The notes beneath the pieces are model-generated. The model ran no database searches and was not told the DNA's origin. It saw only the letters and a list, made by a program, of their open reading frames with translations. Below, piece after piece: positions 27,762-36,776 of a DNA stretch of 64,000 nucleotides. How positions within the stretch are numbered: the stretch's first letter is position 1; each line of letters starts with the position of its first letter. Both the position numbers and the translations under genes were made by a program. This DNA is from Vulcanimicrobiota bacterium (GTDB lineage Bacteria > Vulcanimicrobiota > Vulcanimicrobiia > Vulcanimicrobiales > Vulcanimicrobiaceae), in NCBI GenBank assembly GCA_963695225.1, contig OY968762.1, positions 1,664,001-1,728,000 on the forward strand. Reading direction: 5' to 3'.

Positions 27762-29364
27762 GAGCGCCGGTTCGATACCGGGCGATTTCCTTGTGCGTCT
27801 TCGCGTCGTAGGCGTGCACCGTGCAAACCAAGCACGAGTCGTAGCTGCGCGCGATGATCCCGAGTTCGAGCGGATCGTCGTTGTTCTTGACGGGCGTTCC
27901 GATCAGCGCCTGTTCGATCGGGCCGCGATTCCCCTTCGCGTCGCGCGGGCCGATGTTCCAGGCGGTCGGCGTGACGACCTGATAGTTCGCGATCTTCCCG
28001 CCTTCGAGCGTGATCCAATCGCAGAGCGCGCCGCGCGCCGACTCCGTCGCGCCGAAGCCCTTCGCATCGGGGAGTTCCTGCGGCTTGATGTAGAACTTCT
28101 CTTTGAGGTCGAGTTGCGAGAGCCACTGCTTGACGCGCAGATAATACTTCGGCGCCTCGTGCATGCGCGCGAGCAGGCGCGTGAAGACGCTCGGCCCGAT
28201 GTTCTTGTAGACGTCGAGGAAGAGCGGATCGCTATCCTGCCACGCGTTCGCGCCCGGCTGCCCGGCGTTGATCTGGCGCGCGAGCGGACCCGTCTCGAGC
28301 GGCAAATACCCCAAACCCGGGACGTCGTAGCGCGGCGATTTCGCCCACGAATACTTCTTGTCGCGCGCGCCTTCAGCGGGATCGATAGGATCGGTGACGC
28401 CCTCGAACGGATGCAGTTGCGCGCTGCCGCGGAAGAAGCTGTTCGTGTGGTCCTCGCGGATCCGCGATTGATCGAACGGGTGGTAGTTCGTGCCGTCGAA
28501 GATCCCGCTCTGCTGGATCACGGCGGCGTTGCGGCCGTCGATCGTCGGGCGGCCGTAGTGCCACGGATCGTAATACGTTCCGGCCGAGATGAACTTACCC
28601 GGGCCCACGCCGATCTTATCCAGCCCCGCTTCTTGCGAGAAGCGGATGAAGAGCCCGCAATCGCTGTTGCGATGGCTCTCATTTTCGTCGAGCCAGGCGA
28701 GCACGTCGGCCCAGCTCTTATTCTCGAGCCAGCGTTCGACGCTGCAGCCGAGCCAAATCGGTTCGAGCCAATTCGTCCGCCAATATTCGAGCAGCGCGAT
28801 CGAACGCGTCACGTCGCTGAGCGTCGGGGCGCACATCACGCCGCCGGGGACCATGAAGCTCGAATGCGGCCACTGGCCTCCGAGGATCGCGTAGACCTCG
28901 ACGGGCTTCGCCGAGACCTGCACCGCGGGTTCGTAGCTCGTTCCGACGAACGGCGCGTGCCGGCGCACGAGCTCGTCGAACATGCTCGTCTTCGCATAGG
29001 CCTTGTTGACGAAATCGATCGCGAAGAGCGCGTAATAATAGCGCGGGATGCTCTGCAGCGTCTCGCAGGCTTGCGCGATGTTGCGGATCAGCGTCGCATT
29101 CGGTGGGACTTCCGTGCCCCACGCCACGTCGAGCGCATAGCACGACTTGTAGAGGTGACTCCCGCCGCAAATGCCGCAGATGCGCGGCGTCACGATCAGG
29201 CCGGCTTGCGGATCTTTCCCCTTGAGGATGATCTCGAAGCCGCGAAACATACTCGCTTCGGTCCAGGCGTCGACGACGACCCCGTCGTCGAGCGTCACGC
29301 GAACGTCGAGATCACCTTCGACCCGGCCGACCGCGCCGACGTCGAGTTGGACGACTTGACCCAT
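27754..29364 (-). CDS. hucL: [NiFe]-hydrogenase large subunit, group 2a (Huc/cyanobacterial HupL type)
   Basis: GRVEGD; L1 PQAGLIVTPRICGICGGSH; L2 RSYDSCLVCTVH followed by a cleavable C-terminal extension. Confidence 0.95.
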   Translation of the reverse strand: MGQVVQLDVGAVGRVEGDLDVRVTLDDGVVVDAWTEASMFRGFEIILKGKDPQAGLIVTPRICGICGGSHLYKSCYALDVAWGTEVPPNATLIRNIAQACETLQSIPRYYYALFAIDFVNKAYAKTSMFDELVRRHAPFVGTSYEPAVQVSAKPVEVYAILGGQWPHSSFMVPGGVMCAPTLSDVTRSIALLEYWRTNWLEPIWLGCSVERWLENKSWADVLAWLDENESHRNSDCGLFIRFSQEAGLDKIGVGPGKFISAGTYYDPWHYGRPTIDGRNAAVIQQSGIFDGTNYHPFDQSRIREDHTNSFFRGSAQLHPFEGVTDPIDPAEGARDKKYSWAKSPRYDVPGLGYLPLETGPLARQINAGQPGANAWQDSDPLFLDVYKNIGPSVFTRLLARMHEAPKYYLRVKQWLSQLDLKEKFYIKPQELPDAKGFGATESARGALCDWITLEGGKIANYQVVTPTAWNIGPRDAKGNRGPIEQALIGTPVKNNDDPLELGIIARSYDSCLVCTVHAYDAKTHKEIARYRTGALV

Positions 29365-29382
29365 CTGTTGTGTACTCCTCGC

Positions 29383-30351
29383 CTAGACGACGAACAGGTC
29401 TTCTTGGGCCCACTTCGGAGCGACGGCTCGCGCCAAGGCGGCTTGCGCTGAGTAGCTGATCGGATCGGTACCTTCCGGGAGTTCCTTCGGGACGACGTCG
29501 AAAGCGAGCGGCGTTTTGAACACCGTGCCGACGGCGAGGTCGTGATGCGGGAATTGCGGCTCGGTGCAGCCGATGCACGGCATCCCGGCGCGCGTCTTGC
29601 TCGACTGGCGGTTCCAGAGGATCCGGTTGCACGGCGAATGCGTGAACGATCCGCGGCAGCCTTGCTCGTAGAAAAGGCAGCCCTTGCGGGTGCCTTGGCC
29701 GAACTCTTTGACGGACTGCTTGAATTCGAAATACTGGTGGCGCGTACAACCCGTCTGCGTGAACGTCTTGAAGAACGTCTGCGGACGCTGCAGATCGTCG
29801 AGCGCGATGTCGGAGAGCCGGCCGCTCGCGACCGCGACGAGCACCTGCGTCACCCAATCGGGATGCGCCGGGCAGCCGGGGATGTTGATGACCGGGAGGC
29901 CGGCCTTGCTGCGGTAATTCTTGCCGAGAAAGCCGCCGTGCTGCCCCTTGAGAAACTGCAACCCGACGGAATCCGTCGGGTTGGGCTTGGTCGCCGGAAT
30001 GCCGCCCCAGGACGCACAATCACCGATCGCAACGGTGAACTTCGCGGCGGCCGCGTAATCGCGAACCCATTCGATCATCGGGCGCCCGAGGAACATGTCG
30101 TAGCGGCCGGAGCCGTTGGGACCCTGGATGACCGTCCCCTCCATCACGAAGATGTCGGGGCCTCCGTCGGCGAGGACCTTGAGCAAGGTCGACTTCGCCT
30201 GCTCGCCCATCAACGGGATGCACGAGTGATGGTAGATGATGTCGATGCCGAAATCGGTCACGAGGTCGACGACCGTCGGCTCCTCGGCGTTCAGGAACGA
30301 CTGGGTGTTGCCGTTACAGGCTCCGCCGTGGAGCCAAACTACCGTAGCCAT
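29383..30351 (-). CDS. hucS: [NiFe]-hydrogenase small subunit, group 2a
   Basis: No Tat leader; GGACNGN (Asn for the 2nd Cys), GDCASWGG, PGCPAHP, QTGCTR, GCRG, CIGCTEP. Confidence 0.95.
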   Translation of the reverse strand: MATVVWLHGGACNGNTQSFLNAEEPTVVDLVTDFGIDIIYHHSCIPLMGEQAKSTLLKVLADGGPDIFVMEGTVIQGPNGSGRYDMFLGRPMIEWVRDYAAAAKFTVAIGDCASWGGIPATKPNPTDSVGLQFLKGQHGGFLGKNYRSKAGLPVINIPGCPAHPDWVTQVLVAVASGRLSDIALDDLQRPQTFFKTFTQTGCTRHQYFEFKQSVKEFGQGTRKGCLFYEQGCRGSFTHSPCNRILWNRQSSKTRAGMPCIGCTEPQFPHHDLAVGTVFKTPLAFDVVPKELPEGTDPISYSAQAALARAVAPKWAQEDLFVV

Positions 30352-30493
30352 GCTGTTCTCCGAAGCTGCGCCGGCGGCGCGGCGATGGTTGCGATGGGAA
30401 GACGGAGGTGGGACCGGATGCCGGGTTGTACTACAAACGTCGCAACATTGTTTCCTGCCTCCTCAGGGCAACCACTTGCAAAGGCGGTCCACG

Positions 30494-31267
30494 ATGAATG
30501 CGGTCCCGCAGGGGGCTCCAAACGGAGCAACGCTCGATGCCGAGTCCCGCGAGCGCTTGATGCTCCTCCTCGAGCGTGGCCCCGAAATCGAGTACATGCT
30601 CGATACGTTCGGCCAGATGCTCAAACGAGGCCCGGACATCGCGGACAACGTGAATCGCGCGATCGGCGACGTCCGCGAGAAGGTGAGCGGCGAGCGCGGC
30701 TTCGATCGTTTGGCGCAGACCGTCGAGAAACTCGAGCGGCTGAGCGAATCGCCCAGCTTCCAAGTGCTGCTCGACCGCTTGCAGGATCAGCAAACCGCGG
30801 ATTCACTCGAAGGTCTCGTCGACCGGCTCGACCGGATCAGCGCGATGCTCGAAGCGCTCGAGCGCTTGCTCGTCCGCGCGCCGCAGTTCGCCGACAATCT
30901 GAACACGCTCGTGCTCCAGCTGCGCGACAAGAACACCGGCCGGTCGATCGAGGCGATCAGAGAGCTCGGCACGATCGATCCCCGCCAGCTCGTCCAACTC
31001 CTCAACGACCTCTTCGCCGTCGTCGAATCGCCGCAAACCAGAGCCCTGCTTCGTTCGAGCGTCTTCCTCGATCAATCGGTCGCGCTCGTCGACGAGGCTG
31101 CGAAATCCGCCGTGGAAGCGACGAAGGACTCCGCGCCTGCGCGCGGCACGACCTCGATCTTCGGGTTGTTTTCGCAACTCAAAGATCCCGACGTGCAGCG
31201 CGCACTGCAATTCGGGTTCGCCTTCGCACGGCGTTTCGGGCAAAAGATCCGCGACCGGCGGCCCTAG
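30494..31267 (+). CDS. DUF1641-like helical protein (candidate membrane/quinone adaptor of the hydrogenase)
   Basis: Start at ATG 30494; all-helical; C-terminal amphipathic SIFGLFSQLKDPDVQRALQFGFAFARRFG typical of DUF1641. Confidence 0.8.
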   Translation: MNAVPQGAPNGATLDAESRERLMLLLERGPEIEYMLDTFGQMLKRGPDIADNVNRAIGDVREKVSGERGFDRLAQTVEKLERLSESPSFQVLLDRLQDQQTADSLEGLVDRLDRISAMLEALERLLVRAPQFADNLNTLVLQLRDKNTGRSIEAIRELGTIDPRQLVQLLNDLFAVVESPQTRALLRSSVFLDQSVALVDEAAKSAVEATKDSAPARGTTSIFGLFSQLKDPDVQRALQFGFAFARRFGQKIRDRRP

Positions 31268-31286
31268 CCGCTCCGCCGCTCGCTCG

Positions 31287-31634
31287 ATGCACGAGCTCTC
31301 GCTCGCGATGGGCATCCTCGAGCGCGTCGGCGAACAAGCGGCCGAGCGCGGCATCGAGCGCGTGAGCGCCGTGCATTTGCGAGTCGGCGCGATAGCCGGG
31401 ATCGTGCGAGATTCCTTGCGCTTCTCGTGGGAACTGGCGAGCGCGGAGACGGTCGCCGCGGGCTCGCGGCTGGAGATCGAAGAGGTCCCGCTCGCCGCCT
31501 ATTGCTCGGCGTGCAAGCAGGAAAAAACTCTCGAACACTTCATCTTGCGCTGTCCGGACTGCGGGAGTCCGACCCCGCAGATCCTGCGCGGGCGAGAACT
31601 GCAGATCGTAGCGATGGAGGTCCCGGATCCGTGA
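31287..31634 (+). CDS. hypA: Nickel metallochaperone HypA
   Basis: MHELSLA, CSAC..CPDC, GRELQI. Confidence 0.96.
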   Translation: MHELSLAMGILERVGEQAAERGIERVSAVHLRVGAIAGIVRDSLRFSWELASAETVAAGSRLEIEEVPLAAYCSACKQEKTLEHFILRCPDCGSPTPQILRGRELQIVAMEVPDP

Positions 31635-32305
31635 CGAACACGATAGCGCTCCAAGAGTCGATCCTCGGCAAGAACGACGAACTCGCGGCCGCGCTCCGCG
31701 CGCGCTTCGCCGCGTCCGGCACGTTCGTCGTCAACTTCCTTTCCAGCCCGGGCTCCGGGAAGACGACGCTGCTCGAAGAGACGCTGCGCCGGCTGGCACC
31801 GCGTTATCGCGTCGCCGCTCTAGTGGGCGATCAAGCGACGGAGAACGATTCGCAGCGCTTGCGGCGCAGCGGGGCGCCCGTCCGGCAAATCACGACGGGC
31901 GAGGAGTGCCGCCTCGACGCCGGCATGATCGGAAACGCGCTGGAAGGGTGGGATGTCGGGCCGCTCGACGCGCTGTTCATCGAGAACGTCGGGAACCTCA
32001 TCTGCCCCGCCGAGTACGACCTCGGCGAGGATTTCCGCGCGGTTCTCTTCTCGGTCACCGAGGGCGAAGACAAACCGCTGAAGTATCCGCTCGCGTTCAA
32101 CACGTCGCACGTCGCGCTCGTGACGAAAGCCGACCTCGCGCAAGCCGTCGATTTCGCGCGTGAAACGGCCTACGCCGCGATCCAGGCCGTGCATCCGGGA
32201 ATTCTGATTCTCGAGCTCTCGAGCCGCACGGGCGCCGGGTTGGACGCATGGATCGCGCTCCTCGAACGGCACCTCGCCGAGAAGGCGGCCGCCTCGACCA
32301 GCTAG
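31631..32305 (+). CDS. hypB: GTPase HypB
   Basis: GTG 31631 overlaps the hypA stop; SSPGSGKT, ENVGNLICPA, SVTEGEDKPLKYP; metal motif reads ECRLDA where CHLDA is usual. Confidence 0.95.
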   Translation: MTNTIALQESILGKNDELAAALRARFAASGTFVVNFLSSPGSGKTTLLEETLRRLAPRYRVAALVGDQATENDSQRLRRSGAPVRQITTGEECRLDAGMIGNALEGWDVGPLDALFIENVGNLICPAEYDLGEDFRAVLFSVTEGEDKPLKYPLAFNTSHVALVTKADLAQAVDFARETAYAAIQAVHPGILILELSSRTGAGLDAWIALLERHLAEKAAASTS

Positions 32306-32330
32306 AGCGCGGGCATCCCACGGCTCGCGA

Positions 32331-32363
32331 GAAGGCCCGCCCGGCTATGCCGGGAGGGCCTTC
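32331..32363. terminator. GC-rich hairpin between convergent hypB and spy-like genes
   Basis: GAAGGCCC-G-CCCGGC-TAT-GCCGGG-A-GGGCCTTC. Confidence 0.7.
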
Positions 32364-32404
32364 GTTGCGCGCTTAAGCTAACGGGAGGAAGCGCATTCTC
32401 GGGA

Positions 32405-32905
32405 TTAGCGCGGCGCCCCGTCGCGCCTCATCATTTCGGGGTGCCGGTGGTGCCTCGGCATGTACTCGGTGTCGAAGGTCTTCTGTTGATCCGGCGTCAG
32501 CTTCGAGTAGAACTCCCGCACGGCCGCGACCCGCGCGCCCATCTTGTTGACGCCGTCCCGCATGAGAGCGAGCATCTTCTCCATGCGATCGGGCGTCGAG
32601 AGCTTCGAAAGGCTCTCCCAATCCGGCGCGCGGCGCGGTTCGGGCTTCGTCTTGTCGGCGAACGTCTTCCACGCCGGCTCCTGGTCCGCGTTCAGTTTGA
32701 GGTCGTCGTGCAGTCTCGCGAGACGCGCTTCGGCGCGCCGCTCGAATTGCGCGCCGTCCATCGGCGGACGGTGCATCTGATCTTGGGGCCCCGGCGGGGG
32801 CGGCGCTCCGGGGTCGCCGGCTGCGTAAGCAGCGCCCTGCAAACCGGCCGTGCCGAGCACCGCGGCTGCGAGCGCCGCCGCTGCGTAGTTCCGTAACTTC
32901 TTCAT
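32405..32905 (-). CDS. Spy/CpxP-family (LTXXQ) periplasmic chaperone
   Basis: ATG 32905 with SD GGAG; signal peptide; LKLNADQEPAW and LTPDQQKTFD. Confidence 0.88.
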   Translation of the reverse strand: MKKLRNYAAAALAAAVLGTAGLQGAAYAAGDPGAPPPPGPQDQMHRPPMDGAQFERRAEARLARLHDDLKLNADQEPAWKTFADKTKPEPRRAPDWESLSKLSTPDRMEKMLALMRDGVNKMGARVAAVREFYSKLTPDQQKTFDTEYMPRHHRHPEMMRRDGAPR

Positions 32906-33095
32906 GATTCTCCATCGGCTGTTCGCGCGTGACGCGCTGATACGAACGGAGTATCGCATTCGTTCGTATCGCGGATATGTCGGACCGGCCGGCGTTTGTG
33001 TCGAAATGTAGCACGCCGGCCTGCAGCCTCGCCGAGAGCGCGGTGCGCGGCCGGCGCCTGCGGGGAAAGCACGGCGCGCACGGTAGAATAGCCGC

Positions 33096-33818
33096 ATGGA
33101 CACGCCGCCCCGGATCCTGATCGTCGACGACGATCGCGAGATCCGCACGTTGCTCGCGGAATATCTCGAGGGGAACGGTCTCGCCGCCCAAGCCGTACCC
33201 GACGGAACCGCGATGTGGAAAGCGCTCGAGCGCACCGGCGCCGATTTGATCGTCTTGGATCTGACGCTTCCCGGGGAAGACGGATTGACGCTCTGCCGAA
33301 CGCTGCGCGCTCGTTCGAACGTGCCCGTGATCATGTTGACGGCGCGCGGCGATCCGCTCGACCGCATCCTGGGGCTCGAGATGGGAGCGGACGACTACCT
33401 CCCCAAGCCCTTCGAGCCGCGCGAACTCCTCGCGCGCATTCGCAGCGTCTTGCGTCGAGTCTCCGCCCCGCCGCAGCCGCCGCAGGCGCGAGCCGTTCGG
33501 CGGCTGCGTTTCGGCGAGTGGGTGCTCGATCTCGGCGCCCGTCATCTCGTCGGGAGCAGCGGCGTCGTCGTCGCGCTCTCCGGCGCCGAACTGCGCTTGC
33601 TGCGGATATTTCTCGAACATCCGAATCACGTATTGAGCCGCGAACAGATCCTCGATCTCACGCGCGGGCCGGATGCGGACGCGTTCGATCGTTCGATCGA
33701 CCTGCAGGTGAGCCGCTTGCGCCAAAAACTCAATGACGACGCTCGCTCGCCGAAGCTCATCAAGACCGTTCGCAGCGAAGGGTACGTCCTCGCAACCCCC
33801 GTCAGCGCCGAAACATGA
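33096..33818 (+). CDS. OmpR-family response regulator
   Basis: IVDDD, LDLTLPGEDG, GADDYLPKPF, wHTH DRSIDLQVSRLRQKL..TVRSEGY. Confidence 0.95.
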   Translation: MDTPPRILIVDDDREIRTLLAEYLEGNGLAAQAVPDGTAMWKALERTGADLIVLDLTLPGEDGLTLCRTLRARSNVPVIMLTARGDPLDRILGLEMGADDYLPKPFEPRELLARIRSVLRRVSAPPQPPQARAVRRLRFGEWVLDLGARHLVGSSGVVVALSGAELRLLRIFLEHPNHVLSREQILDLTRGPDADAFDRSIDLQVSRLRQKLNDDARSPKLIKTVRSEGYVLATPVSAET

Positions 33819-35167
33819 CCGCGTTCTTGCGCTCGATGGCGGGCCGCGTCTTCGTGCTCTTGCTCGCCGGCGTCGCCGCCTCCGCCGCGCTGACGTTCGC
33901 GCTCGCCGACAACGAGCGGCATCGTGCGCTCGACCGCCAGCGCACGGTTCGTTCCGCGGCGCTCGTCGAACAGCTCACGCTCGCGCTCGACGGCGTGCCG
34001 GCCGAAGCGCGCGCGGAACTGTTGTTCGCCGCGGCCGACGCGGGGATCGCACCGGCGCGCGACGAGCCGCCCGAATCCGCATGGGATCCCGACTCGCCTC
34101 TCGCGACCGAACTGGAAGACCGTCTCGGGACGCAGCGTCAGATCCGCGTGACGCAACCCTCTCCGGAGTATTGCCCGGCGAGCCGCCGCGTCACGAGCCT
34201 GCCGAAAGCGCCGCTCGAGTGCCGGATCGTCAGCCTCTCGCTCTTCGACGGCACGCCGATCCTGCTCTCCGTACAGAGCCCGCGCGACCCCACGCCGGCG
34301 GTCACGCCGATGCTCCCCGCGTTCGCGCTCGTCTTCGCGGCGTGCATCCTCGCGCTCGCATACGGAGTGGCACGGATGGCGACGCGTCCGCTGCGCGAGC
34401 TCGCGAGCGCGGCGACGAGGCTCGGCCGCAACATCGAAAGTCCGCCGCTCCCCGAGAGCGGGCCGGCCGAAGTGCGCGATGCGGCGCTCGCCTTCAACGC
34501 GATGCAAACGCGAATTCGGCGCGACGTGCAGGAGCGCACCTACATGCTCGCGGCGATCACGCACGACCTGCAAACGCCGCTCACGCGTCTACGCTTGCGC
34601 CTGGAAAAGGTCGAGGATCCCGAGCTGCGCGAGAAGCTCGTCGCCGATCTCTCCGCGATGCAAGGGACGATCCGGGAAGGGCTCGAGCTCGCGCGCAGCG
34701 CGGACCTTCGCGAGACGTTCCAGCGCATCGACTTCGATTCGCTCCTGGACAGCGTGTGCGCGGACGCGCAGGACGCGGGGCAGGACGTCACGCTTGGGGG
34801 GAGGACGGGAGCCGACGTGCTCGGCGCTCCGAACGCGCTGCGCCGATGCCTGACGAATCTCCTCGACAACGCGGTCAAGTACGGCCGGTACGCGCGCGTC
34901 GAAACGAGGCTCGAGGGGGATCGGGTCGCGGTCCGGATCCGCGACGGCGGTCCCGGGATCCCCGACGACCAGCTTGCCGCGGTCCTCGACCCGTTCTTCC
35001 GGCTCGAATCGTCCCGGTCGCGCGAGACCGGGGGTTCCGGACTCGGGCTGACGATCGCCCGGAACATCGCCGAACGGCACGGCGGGACGCTCTCGATCCG
35101 GAATCACCCGGAAGGGGGGTTGGAGGCGATGCTCGCCTTCCCACGCTCGGAGAGAGGAACGGTCTGA
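33815..35167 (+). CDS. Sensor histidine kinase (HAMP-HisKA-HATPase)
   Basis: Two TMs, AITHDLQTPLTRL, NLLDNAVKYG, DGGPGI, GSGLGL. Confidence 0.95.
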   Translation: MTAFLRSMAGRVFVLLLAGVAASAALTFALADNERHRALDRQRTVRSAALVEQLTLALDGVPAEARAELLFAAADAGIAPARDEPPESAWDPDSPLATELEDRLGTQRQIRVTQPSPEYCPASRRVTSLPKAPLECRIVSLSLFDGTPILLSVQSPRDPTPAVTPMLPAFALVFAACILALAYGVARMATRPLRELASAATRLGRNIESPPLPESGPAEVRDAALAFNAMQTRIRRDVQERTYMLAAITHDLQTPLTRLRLRLEKVEDPELREKLVADLSAMQGTIREGLELARSADLRETFQRIDFDSLLDSVCADAQDAGQDVTLGGRTGADVLGAPNALRRCLTNLLDNAVKYGRYARVETRLEGDRVAVRIRDGGPGIPDDQLAAVLDPFFRLESSRSRETGGSGLGLTIARNIAERHGGTLSIRNHPEGGLEAMLAFPRSERGTV

Positions 35168-35230
35168 ACGACGCCGGCGGGCGTGTGTTTTGTCACAGTA
35201 CAATCCCCACCTATGTGGTAGGTTTGGAGT

Positions 35231-35710
35231 ATGAGTGGAATCCATGAGTACGTGACGGCTCGATGCACGTTCTCGGCCGTCCCGGAGTATATCCAAGCCT
35301 ACGTTGACTCGCACGCCGGCAAGGCCGGCGGCGGCGATATCCTCCTAGCGCTCCGAGCTCCCCTCGGCGACGTGATGGTCGAGCGGGACGTCGTCGCAAC
35401 GCTCACCCCGCTTCCTCATTATTCGGGGTACGAGCGCATGCAGATCCGCTGGGTCCCCAAGGAAACGGGTCCGTATCCCTCGTTCGACGGCATCCTAAAC
35501 GTCAGCGATGAGGGCGCCGGTTTCTGCCGCATCGATCTCGACGGCGCCTATCAGCCGCCGTTCGGTCCGGCCGGGGTGCTTTTCGACGTCGCCGTCGGCA
35601 AGCACATCGCCGAGAACACCGTCCGCGAACTCCTCAAGGACGTCAAGAGCTTCTTCGAAACCGCGGAACACGCGAAGTTCCCCGCGGAAGCCGTCGGCGC
35701 AGGCAGCTAA
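35231..35710 (+). CDS. Hypothetical protein, possibly SRPBCC/START-like fold
   Basis: SD GGAG, TACAAT upstream; YPSFDGIL..LDGAYQPPFG..FD pattern. Confidence 0.7.
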   Translation: MSGIHEYVTARCTFSAVPEYIQAYVDSHAGKAGGGDILLALRAPLGDVMVERDVVATLTPLPHYSGYERMQIRWVPKETGPYPSFDGILNVSDEGAGFCRIDLDGAYQPPFGPAGVLFDVAVGKHIAENTVRELLKDVKSFFETAEHAKFPAEAVGAGS

Positions 35711-35801
35711 GCCTCCATACTCCTACAATTTCGAGACCATGGCGGGCGCGCCCCTAACGCCCCGCTTGGTTTCGTTTTGCTTCACGGAGCCCCGCGGCCG
35801 A

Positions 35802-36665
35802 TCAGGAGCGCTGGACGAGCGCGATGCCGAAGGCGATCGCGCAAAGGCCGGCGAGATCGCGCGGGCCGACCGGTTCGTGGAGCAGCCACGCGCTGATCAG
35901 CAAGCCGAAAACGGGGGTCAGGAAGTAGTAGGCGGTGACGCGGCTCGCCTCGCCGCGTTTGAGCAGCCGGAACCACAGCAGCGATGCGCCGATGCTGATC
36001 ACGCCGACGAGATAGACGTACGAGCCGGCGAGCTGGAGCGACCAAACCGCATGCGGCCGGCCCTCGAAGAAGACGGCGAACGGAACGAGGAAGAGCGCGG
36101 CCGCCAGGAGCTGGAGCCCGGTCATCGAGTGCACGTCCGAATGGCTCAGATAGCGCTTGAAGACGAGCGTGCTCGCGACGCTCGCCATGACGCCGGCGAA
36201 CGCGAGCGCCACGTCGCGCGGTTCAGCCGTACCGCTGCCGATGCGCGCGAACATGATCGCGACGACGCCGCCGAAGCCGAGCGCCAAGCCCGCGACCTTT
36301 CCGCCGTTGAGCGGTTCGCGCAGCGCGTACGGCGCGACGAGCGCGAGGACGAGCGGATTCGTGCTCGCGATGATCGCCCCGACGCCGGACGCCAAGTGCC
36401 GCAGGGCCTCGTACGTCAACCCCAGATATGCGGCGTTTGCGAGCAGGCCGAGCGCGGCCGTCGCATACCAATCGCGGGGCTTGCGCGGAAACTCCGATCC
36501 GAAGGCCCGCGCCAGCGCGAGCGCGAGGAGTCCGGCGAGCCCGAACCGGCAAGCCAAGAACCACAGCGGGGAACTCTCCAGAACGCCGATCTTGCTCGGG
36601 ACGTATGCGGACGCCCACAGGAGGATGTAGAACAGCGCCGCCGCCGTACCGCCGAACGAGCCCAT
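35802..36665 (-). CDS. DMT/EamA-family transporter
   Basis: About 10 TMs in two repeats; LLWASAY, RFGLAG, LTPVFG..LLHE. Confidence 0.9.
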   Translation of the reverse strand: MGSFGGTAAALFYILLWASAYVPSKIGVLESSPLWFLACRFGLAGLLALALARAFGSEFPRKPRDWYATAALGLLANAAYLGLTYEALRHLASGVGAIIASTNPLVLALVAPYALREPLNGGKVAGLALGFGGVVAIMFARIGSGTAEPRDVALAFAGVMASVASTLVFKRYLSHSDVHSMTGLQLLAAALFLVPFAVFFEGRPHAVWSLQLAGSYVYLVGVISIGASLLWFRLLKRGEASRVTAYYFLTPVFGLLISAWLLHEPVGPRDLAGLCAIAFGIALVQRS

Positions 36666-36776
36666 CGTTCGGCGAAAACCGGACGGGGCCCGAAGGGTTC
36701 CAGCGCCCTGCGCGGCCCAGATCGACGAGCTGGAAGCGGGCGCTCAGGCCTCGGAGCGCCCGCTTCCGCGGGGTTG

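Noticed and set aside
27754..29364. NiFeSe or group 1h assignment for the hydrogenase
   Set aside because: All four ligands are Cys with no in-frame TGA, and L1/L2 and small-subunit motifs fit group 2a
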